From NCBI RefSeq assembly GCF_009914755.1, contig NC_060929.1: 64,000 nucleotides of DNA; one strand, given 5' to 3'. Under the pieces are notes generated by a model. It searched no databases. It saw only the letters and a list, made by a program, of their open reading frames with translations, and was not told where the DNA came from. Numbering within the stretch: position 1 is the first letter of the stretch; each line of letters starts with the position of its first letter. Origin of the DNA: the human T2T-CHM13v2.0 reference genome, Homo sapiens. This document shows, in pieces, positions 16,185 through 30,209 of this stretch. The position numbers and the translations under genes were made by a program.

Positions 16185-16440
16185 GTTCATTCATTCATTC
16201 AACAAATGTTTCTTAGATTAGTATATCCCATGCCTCATGTAATGTTCCAGGAATAAGATAATAAATTATAGACTTTTATCTTCTAGAAATATATATAATA
16301 AAAAGCGATATGCACATAAACAAATACAGTGAAGTGTTACAGTTATGATTGAACCTTAGAAAGCAATGAGATCCCAAAGGAGATAATAATCAGTCCTATC
16401 TTTAAGGAAGGAGAAATGTGTCATACAAATGTATCTGAAA
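16185..16440 (-). mobile_element. L2 3' end
   Basis: (TTCA)n tail followed by CAACAAATGTTT... Confidence 0.65.
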
Positions 16441-17029
16441 GTAAAAAACAAGCAAATATCTAGTTATTTCCTCTGATTAGAAGCAGAATAAAAACTTGAT
16501 GTGGCCCAATATAAGAGAATAGTATAATTTCAAAAATTTTTGACAGTTCTTTATGTAAGCAAAAGAAGAAGTTAGATTACTCTGTTATCTATTCATACTA
16601 TTAATCAATTAATCTGTTATCTATTAATCCAATTTCTTGTGTATGGGTTAGACACAGGATGGAATGAATCAAAAACATCAGAGAAGGGAAGTTTAATGTG
16701 CTCTGCAGAATTATGTAAAGTGCTGCATGCAGGCAGATAACATTAACTTGAGGAAAACGCTTTTCTGCTTTCATAGATAATTAGACTGCACTGCCTCTGA
16801 GAATTACAGTTTGATCAAGGAAACATTTAAGTGTGTGTGTGATTGTGTATGTGTGTTTTATCTGGAGTATCCAATAGAAAACTAGATGTATATAAGAAGA
16901 ATGGAGGGAGGAGGACATATCTTCATCACAAAATAGTATAGAGGCCCTGAAGTATCCATGGGGAAATGGTATAATCACATATGGTAATGTAAGCTATGTA
17001 AAGCAAAACTCCAGGGCTTGCTTTTCATG

Positions 17030-18440
<1,411 letters not shown>

Positions 18441-18695
18441 ATACATTCAAGAGTGTAGGCTTGTCTCATAAAATAATCAGGGAAAACAGATCAGTTGAAT
18501 GGAACAGTAGTAGATTTGGTTATGAGATGAAAGGCAACCCCTGGAGTTTTGCATTAGAGAGTCTACATCACTATATGTGACAACCCCATTTCCTAGTTCA
18601 GGCATGCATTAGGGCTTCTCTGCTAGTAAGTGATAAAGATATGTCCACATTTCCCAATTATTCTTGTATCTCTCTAGTTTCCTATTGGTAACTCT

Positions 18696-18698
<3 letters not shown>

Positions 18699-18738
<40 letters not shown>
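18699..18738 (+). repeat. (CA)20 microsatellite
   Basis: 20 perfect CA units. Confidence 0.97.
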
Positions 18739-18741
<3 letters not shown>

Positions 18742-18899
18742 TTCCCTTTTCCTTGGGCAAACAATCATTCTCAGAGATAGTGCAGTTCCTTACCAGGAAA
18801 AGTCCTAAGTCATATTACACAGCAATTCACAGTAGTGCATTTCCCAAAGGTGGATATGATACTGGACTTCCAATCACCACCTGATGTAAGGGTAAAAGG

Positions 18900-19023
18900 C
18901 CTAGACAGGGCTCTGCTTGAGATCAACTATGTCCTCTGTTGTTTCTAAGAGCACTCTCCAATAAACTTCCCACAAGCAAATCTCCATTTTATTGTCTGTT
19001 TCTTGGGGACTGAACCTAAGACA
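18900..19023 (+). mobile_element. LTR16-like (ERVL) LTR 3' fragment
   Basis: GAGCACTCTCCAATAAACTTCC...CAAATCTCC...GTCTGTTTCTTGGGGA...AACCTAAGACA. Confidence 0.65.
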
Positions 19024-19029
19024 GAGGAA

Positions 19030-19870
19030 AAGGGGAAAGATACACAAGAATGTAGTCAAAACTAGAGAGATCAAACATATCACTATTTAAAGAATTGGTA
19101 GGAAAAAGGGGACAGAAGATCTATTGAGAGAGAAAGGCCATAAAGGTAAAGAAGAAATACAACAAGAAAAGGAGAATTATAAGACTGACAGCCAACTATT
19201 CAGTAGGCATTTGAATATGAGGGTTGGGAAAGATTAAGAATGGATTTGGGAATTTTAGCACAGAGATTTGTGGCAAAAAGTCATGCCAACTTAATATCAG
19301 GATGCACTAAACTCTAGTCTATGTTAAGCATGCTGAAGTGCTTGGAAGTATACTGAAATCTGCAAGTTACTTGGAATTGCAATTTTAAAAAATAAATGGA
19401 TTGATAAAGAAAATATAGTAAAATATTAATTGTCAGATATAGGTATTACATATACAGGTATTCACTGAGCAGTGCTTCCAGTTTTTCTCTATAATTAAAA
19501 ATTTTATAATAAAATTTTGAGAAGTGGGGAGGATCCATTGGCTTTGACATTGGGTGGTCATTGATGACCTTTCAGGGCGGGTTTAGTGCAGTTGGGAGAT
19601 GTGTGTAAGAGACAGATTGCAGTAGGTTTAAGAAGGAGTAGAATGCCAAAAAATGAAAATCGTTGACTTTTTTTCCAAGAAGCTTTACTGCTAAGGGAAG
19701 GAAATAAATAGGACTAGAGCTGAGGAGGGATGCAGAGTTGAGAGAAGTTGGGTTTGGTTGTTTATTTTCTTGTTTTCTTTGCTTTATTTCATTATGTTTT
19801 GTTTTAGATGAGAGACTTGAACATATTTATGGATTGTGCGGAAGGAGTCAGTAGAAAGGCAAATTATATA
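19030..19870 (-). mobile_element. L2 internal fragment interrupted by an L1ME 3' end
   Basis: TCCATTGGCTTTGACA...GGTCATTGATGACCTTT...CAGATTGCAGTAGGTTTAAGA...AGATGAGAGACTTGAACATATTT. Confidence 0.65.
19315..19525 (+). mobile_element. L1ME 3' end
   Basis: CATGCTGAAGTG...TACTGAAATCTGCAAGTTACTT...GTAAAATATTAATTGT...GGTATTCACTG...AAAATTTTATAATAAAA. Confidence 0.7.
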
Positions 19871-19943
19871 TTTTTGAATTTAATTTTCTCAGGTTTCCCT
19901 AATTCTTAAATTAGAGCCATTTCTATGGATAATACACTGCCAG

Positions 19944-20592
19944 TGTAGGGGTAAAAAGGTAATAGATTTTCCCAACCCATCACAAGGGTCATGGTTGACA
20001 CTCCTATAATCAAAAAAGGTTAGCAACAGAAAACGTAATATTTATTATATTAAACTTTGTATTACATAAGAGCCTTCAAAAGTGAAGACCCAGGGAAAAC
20101 TTGTATTTTTATGCTTAGGTTTGATGAAGAATGGACAGCTGAGTAGAAACGTGATTGGACAAAAAGAACATAATGTAATGATAATAGGATGAGGTAGAAA
20201 CCCAGCGGGGCCTGTTTGTAAAGAGGTTTCTAGTCCTCTCTTGTGTAGCATTCCTTCCCTCTGTGCAGCATCCTTCTCTATCATTTCTTCCCTGTACCTG
20301 TAGAGGGCAGGACACCTGTTACATGAGAGTTTTTAGGGAAGAAGGGAGAAGTCAAAGAGTAGTATTTCTAGTTTTATGGCTGGCTTTGAGGGAGAGCAGT
20401 TGTAGTTTCTATGATCTGCCTTGGGAAAGAGGAATTCTAGTTTTTATTACCTGCTTTGGGAGAGAAATGGGGGAAGGAGAGAGGAGGGCAGGAGAAGGTC
20501 TTGCTTCTGAGGCCCTTTTGATCTCTTTCAGTTCAAAGTACTCAGCATGCCAAAGCACTGTACTTTAGGGTATCATGTTCTGAGCCCCAAGA
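19944..20592 (-). mobile_element. MER39-like ERV1 (MER4-group) solo LTR
   Basis: Right end TTCAAAGTACTCAGCATGCCAAAGC...GGGTATC...TTCTGAGCCCCAA is the reverse complement of the MER39-family start; left end begins TGTAGGGG. Confidence 0.8.
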
Positions 20593-20634
20593 TTGGTGAC
20601 ATTTATTATTAAGGAAAGGAAGAGAGTTAAATAG

Positions 20635-21010
20635 AGTAGAGAATAGCAGTTCTGGATTTAGCTCTAACAACTCTGCAGCTCTGGGTAAATATCCCTAAGT
20701 AAGGTCTGACTATGAAATCAGGACCAATAATGCCCACCTTCTAATTAATAGGAATATTAGAAATAGAACTTTACGCAAAGTCTGGTATGCTTAATTTTGA
20801 GTCTTTTAGTCTCATAGGCTTAATTTCAAGCACCAATTCCACATTATTTAGTCATGTGATTTGAGCCAAGATATTCTCTAAGCCCTGGTTTTCTCAACTG
20901 CTAAGTGGGAAAAATAATAATATCTTCTTCGGAGGGTTGTTATGAAGATTAAATAGCAAGATGCAGGTACATAACTTAATCAGCTCTGGCACATATGAAG
21001 TTCTTAGCAA
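20635..21010 (+). mobile_element. Two MIR fragments
   Basis: GTCATGTGATTTGAGCCAAG...CTGGTTTTCTCAACTG...GGGTTGTTATGAAGATTAAAT...TGGCACAT. Confidence 0.7.
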
Positions 21011-22446
21011 ACAGAGACAATTATAAAGGAGTTTTTAAAACTCAGTGTTCCCATTGTCTGACATGAAACCAGAAAAGGACTTTGTGAAGATACATGTGAA
21101 TGGCTTGATAGAATACCTGGCACTGGCACATGAAGTCCCAAATTGAAAATTGCAGGTGCCCAGACATTATTCTTCTTCTCAGACATAATTAACTTGGGCT
21201 GGGTTGTAGCTTCTGCCAAGAAAAATGACTACAAGTTTCTCCCTGTCTGCTCATCCTGAAGGTGTCAACGAAAGCACTGCCTGCCCAGACTAGTACCCAG
21301 TGGCTGAGATGGGACACCCTGAAGGCAAAAGTATCCTTCTAACCTCCTTCAGCCTCATGATTCTGATGTGGATCTTTGTTTCGAAGAAGAACCGCATTCT
21401 CTGAACCATCCTCCTCCTCCTTCAGGAATGTTACAGCTGACCGGATTCCTGCAAAGTGGCGTCTACTTCACAGGCAGTTTATATGAAGCCTCCAAATCAG
21501 ACATGCTTTTACTGTCATGAAGTAGAAAGAAAAGACTTTTATTCCCTAAGACTCTCAGAATATGAACTCCAGATAAGACCAAAGATAGCTCGTTGGGTGA
21601 GAATTGGAAATACAAGACTGGCATCTTCAGTATTATGTTGTTAATACTCTAGGAGCAATGAAAACCCACATGTAAAAACAAACACTCTCATTAAATAAAA
21701 GACCCTAAATTGTGGTTCTCTCTATTAGCTTCCAATGATTCTGTCCCTTCACTCCACCCCTAAACTTTGCAAAATTCTTAGAGAAAACAGGATTAGATGT
21801 ATCCATTTTAATTTGACCCATCGGAGGTCAAAAAAATGTCATAAAGTATTATTGATTGTGCATTGATTGATCTGCTATCAATCATCATCTGAATGATGAC
21901 AGAAATTGCATGCCCCACCTCCTGCAAAAAAAAAAATTAGTGGCTTCACAAAAGTCAGGATTTGGACTTTTTTCCCTTTATGGTAATAAAAGGGAGAAGA
22001 GACTAAGCCAGGGTGGGAGATAAGTGAAATATAATCTATAGATCTTGGCTTACAACAAGAAAGGGCCCACTGGCTTGAAAAATACTGGTCTTCCCCAGTT
22101 CCTGGGGAGATTTTACATATATTTCTTCTGATTTAGGGCAAGGTATTGGAAGGACTTTCTGAAGGAGTGGAACTGATTAACTCAAGCTCTTAACCCAGAC
22201 TGATCCAGAACAAAGGATAAAGATACAAAAGAACAAGTTATGATGTTGAGTATGGAGAGGAGAGGTTTATGGTTTCATGGTCGTAATAAGTTTAGGACTT
22301 TTATTTTCAGCTAAATCCTTGAGTTTCTAGGCCAGAAGTTTACCAGCTTGCTGGTCCTCGCCAAAGGGAAGGTGATAAAACATGTTATTGGTTAACATTT
22401 TCTCCCCAATTCTGCAAAATCAGACAGCTGTTTATCTCTCTCTTCT

Positions 22447-22812
22447 ATTTTTTATTAACTTTGTATTTTAATTAAACTTACAAAGAAGTTGCAAAGTTGC
22501 TTTATCTGTTACTGTCTCTATGTCCATAATTTTTAAATAGACTGTCTAAAGAGTTAATAGCATACAGTATACCCCTTTCCTTCTAAATACTTCTGTGTAT
22601 TTTTTAACAAAAGCATTCTCTTACATAATTATAATTATCAAAATCAGGAAATTTAACATTGATATAATTTTATTTTCTAATTCAAAGTCCATAATCCAAT
22701 TGTCCTGTTTGTCCCAGTGACATCCATTACACAATTTTTTCAGTCCAAATTTTTTTCAGTACATGCAAGATCATGCACTGTATTTACTTTTCATTGCATC
22801 TCTTTAGTCTTA
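22447..22812 (-). mobile_element. L1MC4/5-like 3' end
   Basis: AAACTTACAAAGAAGTTGCAAA...CTAAATACTTC...CATTCTCTTACATAA...ATCAAAATCAGGAAATTTAACATTGATA. Confidence 0.8.
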
Positions 22813-23654
22813 TCAGAATTGTGTTTAATGAAGGTATCAACCAATTTTCCCTCTTTTCAACTAAGAAGCTGATATACTCCAGTATATTAAAAAAAAAAAG
22901 TCTTCCAAATGAGATCTGATTTTGCCAAGCCTGGGTCTCTGTAAGTGGAGTTTGTGCTCAGTGGCTGGAGACACCCACAGCTCTCCAAGCCCAAAATTAT
23001 TACCCTGTATAGTCACTCACTGAATGAATCTCTCTTTCCTTCAAGTCATCCAATAACCATTTGTCTTAATCAGTCATGGTCTGCTATAGTTACAAAAGTG
23101 CTGACCCATAAAAAACAATCTGTTCAAAAATCAGATTGTTTTCCTTTCAGATGCCATCAACACCCTTGCTATGTAAGACAACATGTCTGCTTATCGGGCC
23201 AGAAAGGAGAGATGAAGAGAACAAAGTCATGATTACAATTCCAACACCAAAATATTGAGAAATAAAGTATGTGTTCTTGAATAAAATTAAAGTTACTCCC
23301 AGCTTCCCACAATCCATGTATTCCTCATTTCTTTGTGTGTGTTTAATAGCTTAATAAACAAGTACAATACTTAATTCTTCATGAAATACTTGGAACCCCA
23401 CACCTTTCCCCTTAAATAAAAATTATATTAATATGTAATGTTATATTTCCTGAGCTCTTTCCAGTAGCAAATGAATTTGTACCATAGCATTCTAGAAAAT
23501 AGTTAACAAGAAATTATTAGTAGTAATAATGTATATGATATATTATTCTATATTCCTATATTTATTTCCTATAATTCTATAGGAAAACCCTTAGTTTGGG
23601 TTTTTTGGTTGTTTGCTTTCTTTTCTTCCCAGAAACCAAATGGTATACAGTTAG

Positions 23655-23845
23655 ATCATAGAATTTCACACCTGGCAGAAACCATAAAACCTCAAATGCC
23701 CAATCTCCTCATTTACCAATAATGACCATGAAATCCAGAGAGATTAGATGAATTGCCCAAGGATACGCATTAACTAATGGGAGAGCCAAGACAAAAACAT
23801 AAATGTTTTGACAGGCTACTCAGGACCCTTGCCACTGTAAGATGC
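23655..23845 (-). mobile_element. MIR3/MIRc
   Basis: ATCATAGAATTTC...CTCCTCATTTAC...CCAGAGAGATTAGATGAATTGCCCAAGG. Confidence 0.65.
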
Positions 23846-24271
23846 TGCAGAAGACAGGTAGGGCTGATTAACGCTATGTGAAAAAACAATTTTTAAAACT
23901 TAAATTGTATTTTGGATGCACTAGGAAACACTTTAAACAAAATGAAAACCAGGACTTACTCTTTTATTCAGAGAAGATAGGCTTCCCTGATTGATTGGTT
24001 TTTATAAATTTCTATTTTCAGGTCATATATTTCTTCAAAGGTGGAATCTTAAATGTTTAGAGTAATTCATATTAAGTTCCAGGGCCTTAATAGTTCAGAA
24101 AACCTTAAAAGAGATCCCTGGGAATTTTAAGTTAACCATTGTAAATTAACCACTGCATTAGACTGCTATTTCAACTCCACTGAGTCAGACTTGGAAGTTA
24201 TTTTCTGAAGGCTCTAGAGAGAGAGAACAACCCTCTGATCTACACCCAACCAGTAAACATAGTTTGGAAGA

Positions 24272-24427
24272 CATGTGTAAGGCATCCTTAAGACAACATA
24301 CACACCTACAAAGGAATGAAAACATTGTACTTGCTGAATAGGTCTGAAGAAAAATTTCAGTCTTAGAAAAAGCTATTACATAAACACAAGTTACATTATT
24401 AATACTGATCTACACTCAGCTCTGGAG
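24272..24427 (+). repeat. Dispersed direct repeat, copy A (pairs with 26338-26497)
   Basis: Hand alignment gives about 80% identity over about 155 bp. Confidence 0.9.
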
Positions 24428-24744
24428 CCAACTGGGCACTTACCTGAACGTTCATTTTCAGAGAGTGAACTCTGCATCAAACCTCTGAGTCTTCTATCAC
24501 TGAATATTGGTGCTTTGAGTTTTCCTTGAAATCCTTAGGTCTCTCACTGTGGTTGAAACTTTGGCACCAGGGCTGTAAATAGGCCCCACCACAAGTTTAT
24601 CTGGGGGATAAAATGAGAGCAAGCAGTGTGAACAAGAGGATAGATGCTGGAAAGAACACAATTTTCTAAGTCCATGCACTTGGTTGTGAAACCAAGCCAA
24701 AAAACAATCTTTTGATTTTCACCTATTTTCCCATTACCGTGTTA

Positions 24745-24915
24745 GGAGATGCACTGTGGGGAATTCTGAAACTAGGCAGACAGGAGTCAAGCTCCAGCAC
24801 TACTACTAACTGGGTAATCCTGGAAAATTATTTAACCTTTCTCAGGCTTAGTTTTTGTGGTCAAATGGCCACAAAATATCTATCTATCCTATAGAATTGT
24901 GATAAGAAATAAGTT
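24745..24915 (+). mobile_element. MIR
   Basis: CAAGCTCCAGCACTACTACTAACTGGGTAATCCTGGAAAATTATTTAACCTTTCTCAGGCTTAGTTT. Confidence 0.7.
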
Positions 24916-25914
24916 TCAGACTCCTAGAAAATACATAACAAATGTCGTTTCCCTGGATTCTGTAATGAGCTTTTTCTAGGTTTATCAGAGACCAGAGGGA
25001 GGAGTAAAATAGCTTGTACGATATCAAATAATGAGTTAAAAATGATAGATGGGATTGTTGCTCGGGTATTACCCTTTGTTATATACAGTCTTTGACTTTC
25101 CCTGTGTACCAAAAATGTGACTTTTCTCTCCATTCTAGAAAAATTCTCTTCAGTGATTACATCATTAGATTTCTGTTTCTGGAGGGAAAATCACAAACTC
25201 TCTGAGAAAGTGAATTCTCGCTCCATTAGCCATAGCCTCAATAGAGGATTAATGAGTTCAATCAAAATACCAAATAAGATTGATACCTGAGGAAAATATG
25301 GGGTTGGGGGAGAAAAAAATACACATCTCCTTAGTTCTCTTCACTATTGTAAAACATTTGCCACCCCTGGGTTCAAAGATCCTGGAAGTAATTTGCATAC
25401 ACTGAGTTTCCATAAGCATCTTGTGCTGCCCACAGGGCCCATTGGCTTGAAGCCAACTGGGAAAATCTCAAGTTACTACAAAGATTGGCAAGTACTGGGA
25501 ACCTGTTAGATAGCTGAATACCTGTGATTCAGGCTTGTCTTCTCAGAATATGCAAAAGTCAAACCGCAAACAAATATAAATTTGATGTAATATTATCTGA
25601 TGCTAGGTAGTATCGGTTACTAACCAGCAGTATAGAAATACATGCCTTGTCAGGAAAAGCTTTAGTGCTTGATAACTGTCTATGGAAATTTATTTTGACT
25701 AAGAAGTGTTCTTTCACATATGTGTTCCCAGAAGCAATGGGATGAATAACCTCAAGAATTTTTCTCCTAGAATCTAGGTCTCAATAGAGGGAAAGAAATA
25801 CTTCTCAGAGGAAAAACTTTCAATTAACCTTGCCCAGACAACACAGTGATCTGTCAAATCACATCCCAGCCAAAGTCACTGATTAGACCTTTGAGGATGT
25901 TGAGTATTCTCTCT

Positions 25915-26075
25915 GCAGGATGTGGTCTGGTGACTGGAACTTAGGTCAAAGTTCGGTTCTATCTATGGCTGTGTCAACCAGCCAGTGACCTCAGGGAAAT
26001 CTCTTCAGCATGCCAGTCTTCAATTTCACTTTCTACCAATTGTCATTTCAGACTGTTGGGTCAGATCTTTCCTGT
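25915..26075 (+). mobile_element. MIR3/MIRc
   Basis: AACCAGCCAGTGACCTCAGGGAAATCTCTTCAGC...TCTTCAATTTCAC. Confidence 0.5.
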
Positions 26076-26337
26076 CCTCACAGCTGAGATTCAGGTCAGT
26101 CTGTCACTAGCCTCTAGCATCCACCCCATCCCCTTTGCCAAGACACTCCTCCCTTGGCCTGTCCCACAACTTCAGCTAAGGTAACACCTAGTTATAAACT
26201 AAGTGTCAAACTATTGCCTGTCTGAAAGGAAGATGCCTTTGCTTGTTGGGACACACCTTTTTCAGGCACCCTGAGGCCAAGCAGCCAGGTGGAAGGATCA
26301 TTGCTACTAAATTCTTGGTGGTCCAATCAACTAGACT

Positions 26338-26497
26338 CATGAGTAAGGCATTCTTAAAACAACATACACACCTACAGAGAGATGAATAGATTGTCCTTGT
26401 TAAATAATGTTTGAAGAAGGATTTGAGTCCTAGAGAAAGATGCTACATAAATGCAAGCTATAATATGATTAATACCGATCTACAACCAGTTCTGTAG
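26338..26497 (+). repeat. Dispersed direct repeat, copy B (pairs with 24272-24427)
   Basis: Shares GTAAGGCAT, ACAACATACACACCTACA, TGAAGAA, TACATAAA and ATTAATAC.GATCTACA in colinear order. Confidence 0.9.
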
Positions 26498-26754
26498 ACT
26501 CTGATTTGCTACTTAAAGATCCTCCTGCCAAACACCAAAGACACTGAGCAATATCCTGCCAGATCATTAGTTTTCTATTCAGACTAATTCTATTGATCTG
26601 GATGACATGAGGTATTAAGAAATGGTGAGTAGGAAGGAAGCATGTTTATACCATGCAGAAAAAACATCAAGAAACAAAAAGCACACATAGCAATGAAGTT
26701 AAAAATATAGCAAGAAATGAGTCCCTCCAGAAAGGTTATTTGTGGAGATGTTTA

Positions 26755-26868
26755 CTATTCTGTTTAACAAACATTTATTGAGCACCTCTTATGTGCCCAA
26801 CACTATGTTAAGCACTAAACACCAAGATAAACAAGACATGGTTCCTGCCCAGGAAGAGTTCATACTCC
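26755..26868 (-). mobile_element. L2 3' end
   Basis: AACAAACATTTATTGAGCACCTCTTATGTGCC...AACAAGACATGGTTCCTGCCC. Confidence 0.8.
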
Positions 26869-26874
26869 TGTACC

Positions 26875-27055
26875 ATGTAATTTACACTTTGCGAAGTATG
26901 AGAATCACCTGACTACCTGATAAAACTGGAGAATCCCATCACTACCCAACAACATGCCCATTGGATTAAGGGTCCATCAGTGAGGCTTGGGAATATTTAT
27001 GGTTAGCAGGTGTCTCTAATGATTTGATGATTAGCCAGGTTCAGGGAAACACTGG
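26875..27055. mobile_element. MER5A/B (hAT-Charlie)
   Basis: AGAATCACCTG...GATTTGATGATTAGCCAGGTTCAGGGAAACACTG followed by the target-like GTCTAG. Confidence 0.6.
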
Positions 27056-29299
27056 TCTAGTGAGACACTTAAGCATCTAGTGAATATAAGAACAATTTTC
27101 TTTTTTATTGTAAATGACAATAATTTATGCAATTTCTCAGCAAAGTCAAGATCAGTCATCCAATCTCCTATATACAGTGAATGAATGAATGGCTGAAAGC
27201 CCATCTTAGTCATATATTCTCTTTGGTCCCCAGTACTTAAGACTATACAAAGAACAGAATCAATAAATAATTGTTAAATAAACACAAAGAGAGAGAGAGA
27301 CATTGTCCTTCAAATTATTCCATTAAAAATAGTTCCTATCTAGTTCAGAACCACAATTTTTAAGTAACATACTTTGATTTCTTTTCTGTAACAAACCTTT
27401 TCAATATTTCAATCATATTCTTTTCTTGGGTTTAAATCTTTTTGGAAAAAAATGTGGGACATAAATCAATCAATAAATAAACAAACAAAAACTCTTGATA
27501 CTTTCTACCGTCACCACTTCCCATGAGAAGTTTTACTTAAAAATTTTTTTAAAGGTGGGTGTTGTGTTTGCCTTATACAGGTAGTAAACAAGGCTTCTCT
27601 ACCTAGAAGACCAAATAAGAAATGTAGTTATTTCTATTCATTTTTGTCCCTTAAGCTCTGAGCCTTGATTCCTTCCAGAATTAAGCAGATATCATTGCCA
27701 GTAAATTTTTAAAGATATTTTCTGATGACTTCTTATTTCCTTCAAATGTCATAATTATATTACAAGGAAATTGTAAGGAAAGCATCCAAACTTTGTTCAG
27801 GAGAAACATTGATAATCTGGCACTGTTAATGGTACAATTCAAGAAACATACTTTGTTTACATAGAACATGGGGGAAGGGAAGAGATGTTAAAAGTGCACA
27901 AGAGGTCTTTAGTGACTTTACATTTGAAATCATTGCAAAATTCAAAAAGCAAGTCCTATATTGAGCCCTGGTTAGTTGAATTCATTATAAACATATAAGG
28001 CAAAAATAAAGCTCTGTAACTGTTCTTAGTCAGTATCTACTCTTGAATTTATTGCTGAAGTGACCCATCAATTATTCCTGAGAAATAGGGTCAGTACCAT
28101 CATTTCATCTTTCTTGAGGCAATTAAGGAGCAGCCTTTTCAAGAGCCAAGAGAGATAGCTGTCTCATGAGTTTCATTTTTTTTCAAGTCCCTTGTTGCTA
28201 TAATTTTAGGAAAAAAAATGTGTTTAAGGTCACTTACGTTCATGGCAAAACAAGAGCATGTGTCAAGGCAATGAGTGAGCTGCCCCACTGTGAGCAACTG
28301 TTCCACCCAACTCAGCTTCTGCACTTGGTGATGCTCATCATCCGGGATTCCACAGAAATGAAATTTAACTGAATCTGAGTCAAATGAGAAATAGAACTCT
28401 TGGATCCCTTTAAGCATTTTTGCTTGGAGCACCCACCAACTAAAGCATTTTGCTCACTTGGATCAGCAAGGTTGCTGGCTTACTGATTTCACAATGTTCC
28501 TCCTCAGAAACTAAATTTGTTTTTGGATATAGTCCAGAACCATGTCTCAGGAGACCAGCTAGCTGCCAGTGCAGAATCAAAAAGCTTATACGTATTGTAA
28601 AAACAAGAAATCAGTATATTTGCGTATTATCTGTTTGTTTGTGTGGGTTTTTTTGTACAAGAATTAGAGAAACTGAAGAATGACCTGCAGACTAGAGAGA
28701 GCTTTGGAGACTCCTGAAGTTTGGCAGTAAGGCTTCTTATTATCAAACGATGACCATGTTAGTGGCACGCCCAAGTTTAACCCCACTCCTTGCCTGTACA
28801 AACTGACTGAATAAATCAGCCTTAGCTAATAAGGCTTCTGACTGCCATTAGCTCCAATATAGAAAGAGAATATAAATTTTAGGGACCCATGGCCCTTTGG
28901 AGAAAGGACTGCCTAACAAAAGAAAATACGTTAAAATATACTAAAGTCAGAATGTGAGAATTTGAAAATAATAGCATATTCTTCATCTGAACTTTTCCCT
29001 GAATATTTTATTATCTCTATTATGGATCTACTTGATATTTTGTAAATATAGGAATGTTGCTGTTTGAGGTTTTCTATGAAAAGTCTTTTAAAAGTGTTAC
29101 CATTTATCCATTTCACAGCACTCCTTAGTTATGTCTCATCCTTACCGATGGTACTATTAATGATAAATATTACCGATCAAAACCAAACATCTCTTTGTGA
29201 ACATACCATATTTCATGTTTCAATGCCAAACTCTGGTGATATACCTGCTTAGAACTGAGGCTCGTGTTGGTGTCACATCCTAGTCAATGCCAAGCATCA

Positions 29300-30190
29300 A
29301 CTCCCAACAGTCCTCTATTTCTGTTCCCCAGATGCTTTCCTCGTGTCGATTCTTACTGTGCACACTTGTCTTTGGTGACTTCATCTGTACTCACTTCACC
29401 TTAGTATGTGTGATGATTTATAATTCTATTCTCTGCCCAGACCATAATACCAATTGCCCACTACTAGGCTCTCTCTGCTGAATAAGCTACAAGCTCCCAA
29501 ATCCTCCACCCCCTATATTTCCAAACCTTGTTATATGGCTATGCCTCTCTAACTTAGATGTCATTCTCTCACTTCTCACTATAACCACCTTACCAGCCTC
29601 ACCACCATCTGCATCCCATCAGAACCAAGGTCTCATAAACTCCTTACCTTAAATACCTTTCAAATTTTATCTCTGTCCTTTTGCCTTTGCTGCCACTATT
29701 CTCTTCTAGACATTCCTCACTCTTGCCCAGATGACTGCAATATCCTCCTATTATTCCTTATCTCTACTTTGGTCTTAATCAGTTCTCCCATCCCCACCAC
29801 ATTGCTGCCAGTTTTCCTCCTGAAAGGAAAATCTGATCATGTTACTCTCTTCATTAAAACCCATGATTCAATCTCCTACAGCCTTTTCAGACTTGTCTCC
29901 TACTACTCACTGCCCTAAATCATATGTTCCAGTCATACGAAACTGCTTGTTATCTCAGCATGTACAACGCTGTTTCATGTCCATCTCAGCATATACAGTG
30001 CTGTTTCATGTCTTTGCCTTCAAACAAGCTTAAATGCCCTTTCTTCTTGATTGTGAACTCCTCTTCTATGTCAGATCAGACTCCTCCTCTGAGGTTAAAG
30101 ACATAGAATCACATCCTCTCTCTGAACACTTCCCTCTGGTCAGATAACATTGAACATTCCTTCCTTAGTATTCCACTATACTAATCACAT
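29300..30190 (+). mobile_element. L2 internal/3' fragment
   Basis: C/T-rich L2 motifs CTCTTGCCCAGATGACTGCAATATCCTCCTA, CCACATTGCTGCCAG and AAATCTGATCATGTTACTCTC. Confidence 0.75.
29952..30012 (+). repeat. 2 x 31-bp tandem duplication inside L2
   Basis: ATCTCAGCATGTACAACGCTGTTTCATGTCC / ATCTCAGCATATACAGTGCTGTTTCATGTC, 3 mismatches. Confidence 0.9.
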
Positions 30191-30209
30191 TCAGAATAGA
30201 TTCCCACAT

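Noticed and set aside
23565-23586. 9-bp inverted repeat TTTCCTATA-ATTC-TATAGGAAA
   Set aside because: Short and in AT-rich low-complexity sequence, so chance is plausible.
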